NCBI GenBank assembly: GCA_045648665.1
Contig: JAZROL010000014.1
Coordinates: forward strand, 1 to 63,844
Direction of reading: 5' to 3'
DNA length: 63,844 nucleotides
DNA from: Candidatus Enterousia sp.
Lineage (GTDB): Bacteria > Pseudomonadota > Alphaproteobacteria > Rs-D84
Shown here: piece by piece, positions 20,412-29,935 of the stretch
How positions within the stretch are numbered: the stretch's first letter is position 1
Layout of the letters: each line of letters opens with the position of its first letter
Notes under the pieces: model-generated
What the model was told of the DNA's origin: nothing
Database searches by the model: none
Seen by the model: only the letters and a program-made list of their open reading frames with translations
Position numbers and translations under genes: made by a program

Positions 20412-20852
20412 TTATTTTTCTTTTGATGTTTTTTGTGTTGATTTTAAACGTGCCAATTCTTCATTATACTTTTCTTTAAGATTTTTTATTCTTTCTTCTG
20501 CCGACAAATTTCTTGTAACTTGTCTAACTATATATTTGTGTTCTTTTGATAACGGATCAATAAAATGTTGACCACCTCTACTGTAATAACGGTAATAATC
20601 GCCATTCTTTTTAACATCCTGTTGACTATTTTCAACCCATTCTTTATATTCGACAAAATCCCCAAGTTGTGCGGTTTCAAGCAAACGGCTCCATCTATGA
20701 GTATGAAACTCTCCTTTTTCTGGGGTATACAGTGTTATATCTTCCGCTGATTTTAAATTTGGATTTAAAAAAGAAGGCATGACAACAATCGCAAAATGTG
20801 TGCTCTTTTGAGACTCTGGGGTATCATTAGGGTCAAGGTACAATTCTATCAT
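20412..20852 (-). CDS. Hypothetical protein (146 aa)
   Basis: ORF only; lysine-rich C-terminal helix. Confidence 0.5.
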   Translation of the reverse strand: MIELYLDPNDTPESQKSTHFAIVVMPSFLNPNLKSAEDITLYTPEKGEFHTHRWSRLLETAQLGDFVEYKEWVENSQQDVKKNGDYYRYYSRGGQHFIDPLSKEHKYIVRQVTRNLSAEERIKNLKEKYNEELARLKSTQKTSKEK

Positions 20853-20911
20853 TTTTTATCCTTTTTGTTATTTATGGAAATAACATTACCACAAAAACCT
20901 ATATTGTCAAT

Positions 20912-20936
20912 AAAAAACCGCCCGTTTGGGCGGTTT
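20912..20936 (-). terminator. Rho-independent terminator downstream of rplY
   Basis: AAACCGCCC-AAAC-GGGCGGTTTTTT in minus sense. Confidence 0.75.
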
Positions 20937-20960
20937 AATCTTAATATCTTTAATTCGATA

Positions 20961-21575
20961 TTATTTCTTTGCAGGTGCGGCGGCAGCAGCCTGTGGTTTT
21001 GCATCTGCTTCTTCTGGCATTTTACCACCGATTGTAGCAAAGGCCAAATCTGCCATATGCAATCCCAATTTGATGCCGGCTGGCAAAACCAAATCAGAAC
21101 CATGGATTGTGTCGCCAATTGTGACATCACTTAAATCAATAGTGATTTTTTCAGGCATGTCATCAACCAAGCCAATCAAAGCGACTTTACGAACAGCAAA
21201 GTTCAAAACACCGCCCAATTTAATACCTTTTGATGTATCAACGTTGATAACTTCCACAGGAACAACAACGTGTACGGGTTCTTTAACATTGATACGTTTA
21301 AAATCAACGTGAACAACTTTGTCAGACACTGGATGATATTGAATATCCATTAACATAGCGTCTTCTTTGTTGCCTGCAACTGTAATTTCAAACAATTTTG
21401 TTCGCAAAGACGGTTGTCCCAACAACATATTGAATTCATGTCCATTTAATTCAATGGATACAGGTTCTTTCTTTTCGCCATAGATAACTGCAGGGATGTT
21501 TTGGTTCTTGCGAACTGCACGTGCGGCCCCCTTGCCAGCAACTTTGCGAATTTCAGCGTTTAATTTAATAGCCAT
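20961..21575 (-). CDS. rplY: 50S ribosomal protein L25 / general stress protein Ctc (long form)
   Basis: RKVAGKGAARAVRKNQNIPAVIYG, a two-domain length of 204 aa and an A/P/K-rich tail. Confidence 0.9.
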   Translation of the reverse strand: MAIKLNAEIRKVAGKGAARAVRKNQNIPAVIYGEKKEPVSIELNGHEFNMLLGQPSLRTKLFEITVAGNKEDAMLMDIQYHPVSDKVVHVDFKRINVKEPVHVVVPVEVINVDTSKGIKLGGVLNFAVRKVALIGLVDDMPEKITIDLSDVTIGDTIHGSDLVLPAGIKLGLHMADLAFATIGGKMPEEADAKPQAAAAAPAKK

Positions 21576-21673
21576 TTTTTATCCTTTTAATACTATTTTT
21601 ATGTGTCTACACGACCTCCAAGGGTGTCGTGCGGGGTATATTATTTATCAAAAAAACTTAAAAATCAAGTTTT

Positions 21674-22234
21674 TTATAACATACGCTGATGCATACCTAA
21701 TTTCAATTTAGCCAGTGTAATATTATGAACAATGTCATAAGAATCTGCCGCTTTTGATTTAGGTTTTATTAATAATTCGTGTCCAACCAGTGGATCAAAA
21801 GCATAAGGCGTAAGAACATTGTCCTTTGAACAAACAATGTCTATTTCTTTTTCAGTTTTTTCACCGTATACGGTGATTTTATTGTTTTTGACCACTAATA
21901 CAACGGCTATTTCGTATTCGTGTTCGTAATAATTTTTATTATATTCCCAGGTTAAATCTTCAATTTTTATACCTTTTGTATTGTTAGAAAATTGACCAAT
22001 CGAACCGAATTCAGCAGCAAATGCGCCTGTATGTGGAACCCTTGCTTCTTTCTTTACATACGGTCTGGGGTTGAGCGGATTTGTAGAAATTGCCCCTATC
22101 AAATATTTTGGTCGCATAATAACCTTGTTTGTGACTATCACATATTTATCTTTTAACAGATAATCTTTCAAATAATTATAACCCGGCACATTGACTCCTT
22201 CTTTTACAGAAGTAAATATAGACAAATAAAACAA
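21674..22234 (-). CDS. Hypothetical protein (186 aa)
   Basis: ORF only; the start is uncertain. Confidence 0.45.
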   Translation of the reverse strand: MFYLSIFTSVKEGVNVPGYNYLKDYLLKDKYVIVTNKVIMRPKYLIGAISTNPLNPRPYVKKEARVPHTGAFAAEFGSIGQFSNNTKGIKIEDLTWEYNKNYYEHEYEIAVVLVVKNNKITVYGEKTEKEIDIVCSKDNVLTPYAFDPLVGHELLIKPKSKAADSYDIVHNITLAKLKLGMHQRML

Positions 22235-22254
22235 AATGTCAAGTTTTTTTGTAA

Positions 22255-22803
22255 TTATTTTTTCTTTAATATCAAAAATCTGGCACGACCATACGTTTTG
22301 TCTTTCAATATTGTCCAGTTTTCATTTATAACTGGGTTTTGAGTGTTTTCAAATTCCCAAACCAAAATCGTTCCGGGTTTAGCAATTCTGGTTAATTTTT
22401 TTACAAACAAAAGCCCCAAACCAAAATCTGTATACGGCGGGTCTATAAATATTAAACCAGAAATCCCACCAAAACGTGGCAGTGCAGATATTGCATCTGT
22501 CATTTCAATGGTTGCGGGTTCATTCATCGCAGAAATGTTTTTCTTTATAATATCTATCGAAGATTTTGCAGAATCTGTAAAAACAACCGTTTTATTATTA
22601 AATCGCGACAAACATTCCGCACCAAATGCCCCAGAACCAGCAAACGCATCCCAAACAGATATTGGCGAATTAACGTCGATTATTTCATTTATCATATTAA
22701 ACAAAGCGCCACGCGCCATATTTTGTGTTGGACGTGCATCTGGGGGCAAAGATAGTTTCTTGCCACGATATTTACCGGAAATAATTTGCAAATTCGATTT
22801 CAT
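22255..22803 (-). CDS. rsmD: 16S rRNA (guanine966-N2)-methyltransferase RsmD
   Basis: IISGKYRGKKL, FAGSGAFGAE and FIDPPY. Confidence 0.88.
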   Translation of the reverse strand: MKSNLQIISGKYRGKKLSLPPDARPTQNMARGALFNMINEIIDVNSPISVWDAFAGSGAFGAECLSRFNNKTVVFTDSAKSSIDIIKKNISAMNEPATIEMTDAISALPRFGGISGLIFIDPPYTDFGLGLLFVKKLTRIAKPGTILVWEFENTQNPVINENWTILKDKTYGRARFLILKKK

Positions 22804-22820
22804 AGTGTAAACTTTACAAT

Positions 22821-23270
22821 ATGAATTTTATGAATCAAGCATTTTTATTAGCAAAAAAAGCCCAACAACACGGCGATGTGCCAATTGGTGCAGTGATAGT
22901 CAAAGATGGTAAAATCGTGGCACGTGGTGAAAACCGTGTTCAAAAATGTAAAAACCCAATCTTGCATGCAGAAATAGTAGCTATAAACAAAGCGTGTAAA
23001 AAATTGAATTCAAAATTTTTAGACAATTGTGATTTGTATGTGACATTGGAACCATGTGCCATGTGTGCAACAGCGATTTCTTTTGCTCGTATAAAAAATA
23101 TTTATTTTGCAGCACGTGATGAAAAGGGTGGTGGTATCACCAGTAATGCCAAAATTTTTGAATCTGACAAACACCTTTGGAAACCAAACATAATTCAAGT
23201 CAAAGAATATGCAGAAGAATCCGCAACTTTATTAAAAGATTTTTTTTCTAAATTACGCAATAGCAATTAA
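22821..23270 (+). CDS. tadA: tRNA-specific adenosine deaminase TadA
   Basis: HAEIVAI and PCAMC zinc-binding motifs; 149 aa. Confidence 0.92.
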   Translation: MNFMNQAFLLAKKAQQHGDVPIGAVIVKDGKIVARGENRVQKCKNPILHAEIVAINKACKKLNSKFLDNCDLYVTLEPCAMCATAISFARIKNIYFAARDEKGGGITSNAKIFESDKHLWKPNIIQVKEYAEESATLLKDFFSKLRNSN

Positions 23271-24731
23271 TGAATCGCCTGTCATTTCGGCTGGTTTTTC
23301 TATGCCTAATAATTTTAGCATTGTTGGTGCAACGTCTTGCAGGCCGCCGTCGTGTACAGTAAATTTTTCATTGGAAACCATTATAAAATTCACTGGATTT
23401 GTAGTGTGAGAAGTCAAAGGAACATTGTGTTCGTCATCCCACATTTGTTCTGCATTTCCATGATCTGCTATTATTAACATAGCACCATTTAATTCTAAAA
23501 CTTTTGGAACAATTACTGATAATTGTTTATCCAAACATTCCATTGCTGTGATTGCTGCATTTTCATTTCCAGTATGTCCAACCATATCACCATTTGCAAA
23601 ATTCAATAATACAACATCAAATTTAGACAATCGTGGCAAAAGAGCCTCTGTAATTTCATTCGCGGACATTTCTGGTTTCATATCAAAAGTCGCAACATCA
23701 GGGGATGGAATTAAAACTTTTTCTTCGTTTTTATAATCTATATTGCGTTCTGCATCCATAAAATAAGTCACATGATTATACTTTTCAGTTTCTGCGATAC
23801 GCAATTGTGATTTACCATTTTGTTCTAAAATATCGCCAAGTGTATTTTCGGTTTTTATATCCGGCAAAAGCGCAGGGCATAATTCGTCTAAACCTTCGCC
23901 ATATTGTGAAAAACATAAAATGTGACAGCCTGTTTCGATAACTTTGCGTATAATTTGACGTGCGCGGTCACTGCGGTAATTACAGAATAAAAATCCATCT
24001 TCAACCGTTAATGTGGTCGGTGTTATAATAGTGGGCTTTATAAATTCGTCTGTTTCACCACGTGAATATGCATCCAAAAGTGCTGTTTTTATGTCTGTGG
24101 CAACATATTCTGCGCGTCCGTGTGCTATTGCATCAAATGCGAGTTCGGTTCTGTCAGTATTATTATTGCGGTCCATTGTATAATAACGCCCGGATAATGT
24201 GCCAAAGAACACAGATTTATCATCAAAATAATCCAACAAATCAGATTGTATCATATTTATATATTTTTCTGCTGATTGTGGCGGTGTATCACGTCCATCT
24301 GCAATAAAATGAATACAAACACGTAAGCCTATTTTTGCTATATGTTTTATGGTTTTTATAGTATCTACGATATTAGCGTGTACACGCCCGTCAGACATCA
24401 ATCCAGCAACGTGAACTATTCCGCCGGATTTTTGCACGGATTTAATAAAATTATTCAACGGTTTATTAGTTTCCAGATTTTCCATTTCAAATCTGCGTAA
24501 AAATTGATTTACTATTCGTCCAGAACCAATAGTAATATGTCCAACCTCTGAATTTCCCATGATTCCTTCGGGTAGCCCCACAGCATTACCAGATGCATCC
24601 AGGCGCGAATGAGGATACTTTTTCAATAATTCATCAAAATAGGGCATATTAGCCAACGCGACCGCATTATGAGATTTAGATTTGTTAATTCCAACACCGT
24701 CTAATATACATACAACTACTGGTTTTATCAT
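23253..24731 (-). CDS. gpmI: 2,3-bisphosphoglycerate-independent phosphoglycerate mutase
   Basis: ILDGVG, GNSEVGH and ADHGNAE. The start is trimmed to the ATG at 24731 (AAGGA upstream). Confidence 0.93.
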   Translation of the reverse strand: MIKPVVVCILDGVGINKSKSHNAVALANMPYFDELLKKYPHSRLDASGNAVGLPEGIMGNSEVGHITIGSGRIVNQFLRRFEMENLETNKPLNNFIKSVQKSGGIVHVAGLMSDGRVHANIVDTIKTIKHIAKIGLRVCIHFIADGRDTPPQSAEKYINMIQSDLLDYFDDKSVFFGTLSGRYYTMDRNNNTDRTELAFDAIAHGRAEYVATDIKTALLDAYSRGETDEFIKPTIITPTTLTVEDGFLFCNYRSDRARQIIRKVIETGCHILCFSQYGEGLDELCPALLPDIKTENTLGDILEQNGKSQLRIAETEKYNHVTYFMDAERNIDYKNEEKVLIPSPDVATFDMKPEMSANEITEALLPRLSKFDVVLLNFANGDMVGHTGNENAAITAMECLDKQLSVIVPKVLELNGAMLIIADHGNAEQMWDDEHNVPLTSHTTNPVNFIMVSNEKFTVHDGGLQDVAPTMLKLLGIEKPAEMTGDSLIAIA

Positions 24732-24854
24732 TTTTAATAATCCTTTCTTTCTTGGTAAAGATGCTATCATATATGTTTTTTGATTGCAAAACAAAAAGAA
24801 AACTTGTATATATTTATGGTAAGAAATAAATCCTGAAACAAAAGGGAAAATAGT

Positions 24855-25271
24855 ATGTCACAAAAACCGGATCTAGTAGGAGCTGTTGATTGCCATATTG
24901 GGCAACGGTTGCAATTGCGCCGGGTTATGTTGGGAATGACCCAAACAGATTTGGCAAAACATTGCGGCATCAGTTTTCAACAAATTCAAAAATATGAAGC
25001 AGGCGGCAATCGTATCCCTGCATCGCGATTGTTTGATATTTCACAGGCACTGGAAACATCCGTTGCGTTTTTCTTTGAGGGCTTGCCGGGAAATTTTCCA
25101 CCGGAAACCAAAGCTATACGTTCCTCACGTGTATCCGAACAAAAAGAAAACGACCCGTTGGGGAAAAATGAATCTTTGCAATTGATAAATTTATATTGGA
25201 ATTTACCAACGGATAAACAACGTGCAATGGTTATGCAAATGTTAAAAACATTAAATGGCGAAGGGAATTAA
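24855..25271 (+). CDS. XRE-family helix-turn-helix transcriptional regulator
   Basis: HTH block LGMTQTDLAKHCGISFQQIQKYEAGGNRI. Confidence 0.8.
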   Translation: MSQKPDLVGAVDCHIGQRLQLRRVMLGMTQTDLAKHCGISFQQIQKYEAGGNRIPASRLFDISQALETSVAFFFEGLPGNFPPETKAIRSSRVSEQKENDPLGKNESLQLINLYWNLPTDKQRAMVMQMLKTLNGEGN

Positions 25272-25304
25272 ATAAATAACAAATTTTGATCTATATAAAA
25301 AACA

Positions 25305-25323
25305 AACCGCCATTATGGCGGTT
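25305..25323. terminator. Terminator hairpin CCGCCA-TTA-TGGCGG between convergent genes
   Basis: GC stem flanked by an A-run and a T-run. Confidence 0.6.
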
Positions 25324-25346
25324 GCCTTGTATTGTTATGCGACAAC

Positions 25347-27773
25347 CTAATCTTGTGGATCCACCCATTGCATATTATCTAATATGCATAAACCTTTCCA
25401 TGCTGATTCTGTAATTTCTGTAAGGCCAAAAGCTGTTCTTAAATTATTGCACCATTTCCACAAAGCGCTATCCCAACTGCATTCGCCAGCATCTTTGTTC
25501 CATGTACCACCTTCATCAGTACATGCTTGTTCTGCTATTTGATTTGCCTTAGCTTTATCGTTATCTATGCAAAAACCTTTGTCGGTCAGTTTTAATCTTT
25601 CAACGTCTGACGCAGTATTAACCGAAACCCCATAGTAGTCTTTGTAAAAGTCTTGTTTAAGCGTAGAAAATTCCGGAATTCCACCTAAATCCTCTAAACT
25701 ATACCATGAACCACCCAAGTTTTCGCATCCTATAGAAAACTGCAATTCCAATTCATCAAATATATCTTTGATAACACGATTAACTAATTTTATGTTATAC
25801 TGCGACGTTCCGTATTTTTCAGCATCTCTAATTGTATTAACATCTTCGTCGAGTGTTTGCATCAAATCCGTTGGACAAAATGTTTTTGCATATTGTACCA
25901 TTGCTGCGCGCAATTCATTTTTATCCATTGTATCGCAACCTTGTGGATATGTTTTCCCTTCTTCGTCCGTATCACATAACTTATGGGCATATTTTGTTAA
26001 TGCTGTTTCACATCCCTCGGCAACCTTTACAGAATCGACAGTGTCGACATACGCCAACAGGGATTGCAAGCCACAGGTTTTACCGTTGACCTGTTCAATC
26101 TTTTTTGTTTTATCTTCGTATTTACAACCATCCGGGTCGCCATACAATGCGGCACAAGCCATAACTTTGTCATAACACATACCACGTGCGGTCATGGCGG
26201 CTATTCCGCCGGTTGCTTGTGCTTCGGTGTCATCCATAGATTTCAAATCGCCACTTTGTTTGTCATAACATTCTTTCATTGTTGCAACGCAAGAATCTTT
26301 GACTTCTTCTATTTTTTCATCTTGCGCCTGTGCTATTTGGATAAGACCACTACGTTTGAATTCAGTCCAAACGGTATCCGCTATGTCCCGACACTTATCC
26401 AAAGCGGATGTCGCAAAAATCTTTTTCTGATCCAACCATTTGTTAAAATCAGGATTTGCCTTTAATACATCAGAATCCCCATTTAATACAATTATATTAT
26501 TTAAACCAAATAAAGCCTTGGAATATATCGGTTCGCCCGTTGATGAATTAATATACAAACCAGTGTAATCCATACATTTTTCATATTTTTCCCCGCATGC
26601 GACAGGATTACGCATAGCCTTTTCAACCTCTGTCAAGCAGGCATTAACATCCGCGGAGTTATGCGAACGATATTCTTCTAATCTGGCTTCGCGTAAATAT
26701 TTTTCAGCGGTTCTTATTGTTTCATTCAAAGATTCTTTCTTTGCATTTATATTTTTTTCATATAAATTACAATCCTGGGTAATCATAATGGAATAGGCAG
26801 AACGCGCTAAATTAAACATAGCATCACTATTACAAGAATCATGTGTAATTTCAGCACATTGTTTATTAGCGTTATCGTATAATTTTTTACCTTCCATTTC
26901 TGACAAACTCACATAAGAATCACCACCGCCGAATATAGAATCACTGCCACCACCCCAAACATCATCTAAACTACTTGAAAAGGACGACAAATCCAATATT
27001 CCAAGCGAGGAACCTTGTTGTTTTGCGATTGTCTTTTTACCAGACATAACATCCGCAATATTATCCAATAACTTTTGCGACGCAGATTTATCTTTCTTTA
27101 TTGCAGCCTCCCCAGCAGATGCGGTATACATAGCATTAACCTCTGCCGCGGTCTTGTCAACTGCATTCAAATTGTTGTCTTGGAAATCAGCCAACATTTG
27201 CAACGCAGTATCCATTGCATCAGATGTGTCACGGAAATTCTGGAATCTGTCGCTGCAAAAACATCTTCTGTAAGTATCGTTTGCACCGGCGCAAAACTGA
27301 TCCATACATGTTGCATAAGAATCACGACAGCTTGCGTATCCACCGCTAATTTTCGAAACATCACTGAATACAGCAGTCGCACGTGCGCGTGATGACCCCC
27401 GCGAAATATCGTTTGATTTTTGTGTGCTAGTTAATTGCTTTTTATCCGCGGTTCTTGCGGTCATAGTCTTTTTTCTGGCCGCAGCACGCGATACTGTTGT
27501 CGTGTTAACATTGTTCACAGAACGAATAGTTTTGGGAGAGACATGGCGTGCACTGACCACTGTACGCTTTTGCGGGTTATTCAAAGCCGTAGTCCTGGCA
27601 ATAACAGATGTAGCAGAACGACGTATAGATTCATTTGTATCACCATTTTGTGGGCGAACAACACTTTTAATAGAACCACCACGTGGGTTTGGCGCCTGAG
27701 CTGAAAAAGCAACACCCGGCAAGCACAATGCTATTATTGATATTTTTACAAACTTATTTATAAAACCCGCCAT
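25347..27773 (-). CDS. Large secreted Cys-rich protein (808 aa), unknown function
   Basis: Signal peptide (KISIIALCLPGVAFSAQA), an S/T/R-rich low-complexity region, then many Cys pairs starting with CRDSYATCMDQFCAG. This opening motif recurs in 60090..61346. Confidence 0.8.
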   Translation of the reverse strand: MAGFINKFVKISIIALCLPGVAFSAQAPNPRGGSIKSVVRPQNGDTNESIRRSATSVIARTTALNNPQKRTVVSARHVSPKTIRSVNNVNTTTVSRAAARKKTMTARTADKKQLTSTQKSNDISRGSSRARATAVFSDVSKISGGYASCRDSYATCMDQFCAGANDTYRRCFCSDRFQNFRDTSDAMDTALQMLADFQDNNLNAVDKTAAEVNAMYTASAGEAAIKKDKSASQKLLDNIADVMSGKKTIAKQQGSSLGILDLSSFSSSLDDVWGGGSDSIFGGGDSYVSLSEMEGKKLYDNANKQCAEITHDSCNSDAMFNLARSAYSIMITQDCNLYEKNINAKKESLNETIRTAEKYLREARLEEYRSHNSADVNACLTEVEKAMRNPVACGEKYEKCMDYTGLYINSSTGEPIYSKALFGLNNIIVLNGDSDVLKANPDFNKWLDQKKIFATSALDKCRDIADTVWTEFKRSGLIQIAQAQDEKIEEVKDSCVATMKECYDKQSGDLKSMDDTEAQATGGIAAMTARGMCYDKVMACAALYGDPDGCKYEDKTKKIEQVNGKTCGLQSLLAYVDTVDSVKVAEGCETALTKYAHKLCDTDEEGKTYPQGCDTMDKNELRAAMVQYAKTFCPTDLMQTLDEDVNTIRDAEKYGTSQYNIKLVNRVIKDIFDELELQFSIGCENLGGSWYSLEDLGGIPEFSTLKQDFYKDYYGVSVNTASDVERLKLTDKGFCIDNDKAKANQIAEQACTDEGGTWNKDAGECSWDSALWKWCNNLRTAFGLTEITESAWKGLCILDNMQWVDPQD

Positions 27774-27840
27774 GATATTCTCTCTTGTTTTTTTATTTAT
27801 GACGTTATTCTACCATTTTTTGCCATATCAAATCAAGTGC

Positions 27841-28443
27841 TTATTCAATACAACAATTAACCGCGTTTTTCACCCATTGTCCCAAACGTTTTACCCCGGA
27901 TATTTTTTCGTTTGTTTCAACGGATTTAACCTTCTTTTTTTCTGTTTTGGTGTCCGGCATGCATTCTTCCACTGCACCATTGTAAAATTCAGGTACAGTT
28001 TCATGAACACCATCTAAATCAATCAGGTGCATATTTAATCCCCAAAACAACGAATATAAATCATATGCCTTTGAAAACATTTCATAAGCTTCTTTCTTGC
28101 GACCCGCGCCCAAGGCTTTGGTTCCGACCTCATAAATACGCATCGATGCCGCCAACAAATGCTTAGAAATACACCAAACTTCTCCGTCTTCTGGCCCAGA
28201 CTTTTTTACAATACGTTCCATTAATTCTTTACGCATATTGCGAACTACGTTTATCAAATCGTAAAAACCAGGTTTTTGAGTTTTTGCCCCGCTGAAAAAG
28301 AAATGTTCTTCCAAAGAAACCAGATTCATCAACGCAATAGATAAATCCTGATCCGAAGACAAATCCAACGGATTAGCTTTCTTTTGTGCGTCCAATTTAG
28401 CAATCATCTCTTCCATTGATAATTTTTTGTTCGATTTTTTCAT
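27841..28443 (-). CDS. Hypothetical soluble protein (200 aa)
   Basis: ORF only. It ends in NCCIE and is tightly linked to 28474..29022. Confidence 0.55.
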   Translation of the reverse strand: MKKSNKKLSMEEMIAKLDAQKKANPLDLSSDQDLSIALMNLVSLEEHFFFSGAKTQKPGFYDLINVVRNMRKELMERIVKKSGPEDGEVWCISKHLLAASMRIYEVGTKALGAGRKKEAYEMFSKAYDLYSLFWGLNMHLIDLDGVHETVPEFYNGAVEECMPDTKTEKKKVKSVETNEKISGVKRLGQWVKNAVNCCIE

Positions 28444-28473
28444 ATTTCTACCTTTTGTCTGCGTTTCCCAATT

Positions 28474-29022
28474 TTAACATAAAACTATACCCATAGTTGG
28501 CAACCATTTGATAATTGCCCAAAATATACCAGTCATAATTAACAATCCAACGAAAGGCATAACAACTTTTTGAAAAGGGAAAAGGGCATGTCCACCATTT
28601 CTCTTTTTAATGTGCAAGTACCAAATTTCCATTACAACAAAAGTAATTGCACCAACCAAAATCCCCAACAAGAATTGGTCCATGCCCCACATACAATTAT
28701 CCCACCATTTTACGATTGGGTTGTGAGCAGGGAAAAAGTAGACCCCAGCCAATAAACCAACATAAAAAACTATATTCAAAATATACCAAAAAATGTTTTT
28801 TACACCATGTTTATGCATATAATTAGCGGTCCAGCCAATCAAAGAAACAGTCAAACCACCGGCCCAAATACCAGTTAAAACATCTTTGACCCCCAATATA
28901 CGCATCCCTTCCAATCCTGCGCCTATGGCAATGGTGCAAACAGGGCATACCGCCGCCGCAATCCCCATAAAAGCGCATAAAACGACACTGGCACACAACA
29001 AATATTTAGCAATATTTTTCAT
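28474..29022 (-). CDS. Integral membrane protein (about 5 TM helices) with an intramembrane CPVC motif
   Basis: Hydrophobic segments throughout; AAAVCPVCTIAIGAG sits in the first helix. Confidence 0.6.
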   Translation of the reverse strand: MKNIAKYLLCASVVLCAFMGIAAAVCPVCTIAIGAGLEGMRILGVKDVLTGIWAGGLTVSLIGWTANYMHKHGVKNIFWYILNIVFYVGLLAGVYFFPAHNPIVKWWDNCMWGMDQFLLGILVGAITFVVMEIWYLHIKKRNGGHALFPFQKVVMPFVGLLIMTGIFWAIIKWLPTMGIVLC

Positions 29023-29077
29023 TTATCCTTCCTTTTTATCTTTACATTTTAACACAAAACGCGAAACCAGGTCAACA

Positions 29078-29935
29078 CTATATTTCCAATTTTTCAACCC
29101 CACGCAGATGCGCAGAACGCGCGCGTGGGTTTTGTTCTGTTTCTGTGTCGTCCGGCAACATGGTTTTCAACATTTTATATTCAGTTTTCACTACAACAGG
29201 CATGCTTGGGTCACCGACAGGAGTCGTCCAATGCTTAAAGGTATTTTTGACAATTCTGTCTTCTAACGAATGAAAAGTAACACAAACACAACGTCCCCCA
29301 ACGCGCAACAAATCGTGCACAGATTCAAGCGCAGATTTAATTTGTCCCAGTTCATCGTTGACCGCTATACGTAATGCCTGGAACACAGGCGCAATATCAC
29401 GCGGATTTTTAATTAAATCGCGCAATTCAAATGTAGTCTTTGGTAATTTTTGTTTTAATATTTTTGCGAACAGATGCGATTTTTTAATGTCTCCGTATTC
29501 ATACAATATATCTGCCAATTCAGCTTCGGCTAAATTGTTTATTAAATCTGCTGCTGTAATCTTTGTGGTTGTATCCATACGCATATCAAGAGGCGCATCA
29601 AACCGAAAAGAAAAGCCACGCTCTGCATTATCTATTTGCATAGAAGATATACCTAAATCAAAAACCACATCATCAAAATCAGTTGCAGCTAGTTGTTTTA
29701 TTTCTGCAAAAGGCGCATTTATAAACTTGAATCTATCGCCATATTCATCCCGTATTTTTTTCACATCTTCAAGAACCGTATTATCCCTGTCAAAAGCAAT
29801 CACTTTTGCACCACGAGCTAAAAAAGCACGTGTGTAACCGCCCGCACCAAAAGTACAATCAACTATCGTGCGATTTGTTATATCACCCAAAGTATCAAGA
29901 ACACTTTCTAAAAGAACAGGTATATGCTTCATCAT
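29078..29935 (-). CDS. rsmH: 16S rRNA (cytosine1402-N4)-methyltransferase RsmH (MraW)
   Basis: HIPVLL, DCTFGAGGY, DLGISS and TFHSLEDR. There is a 4-nt overlap with the dnaE stop. Confidence 0.93.
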   Translation of the reverse strand: MMKHIPVLLESVLDTLGDITNRTIVDCTFGAGGYTRAFLARGAKVIAFDRDNTVLEDVKKIRDEYGDRFKFINAPFAEIKQLAATDFDDVVFDLGISSMQIDNAERGFSFRFDAPLDMRMDTTTKITAADLINNLAEAELADILYEYGDIKKSHLFAKILKQKLPKTTFELRDLIKNPRDIAPVFQALRIAVNDELGQIKSALESVHDLLRVGGRCVCVTFHSLEDRIVKNTFKHWTTPVGDPSMPVVVKTEYKMLKTMLPDDTETEQNPRARSAHLRGVEKLEI

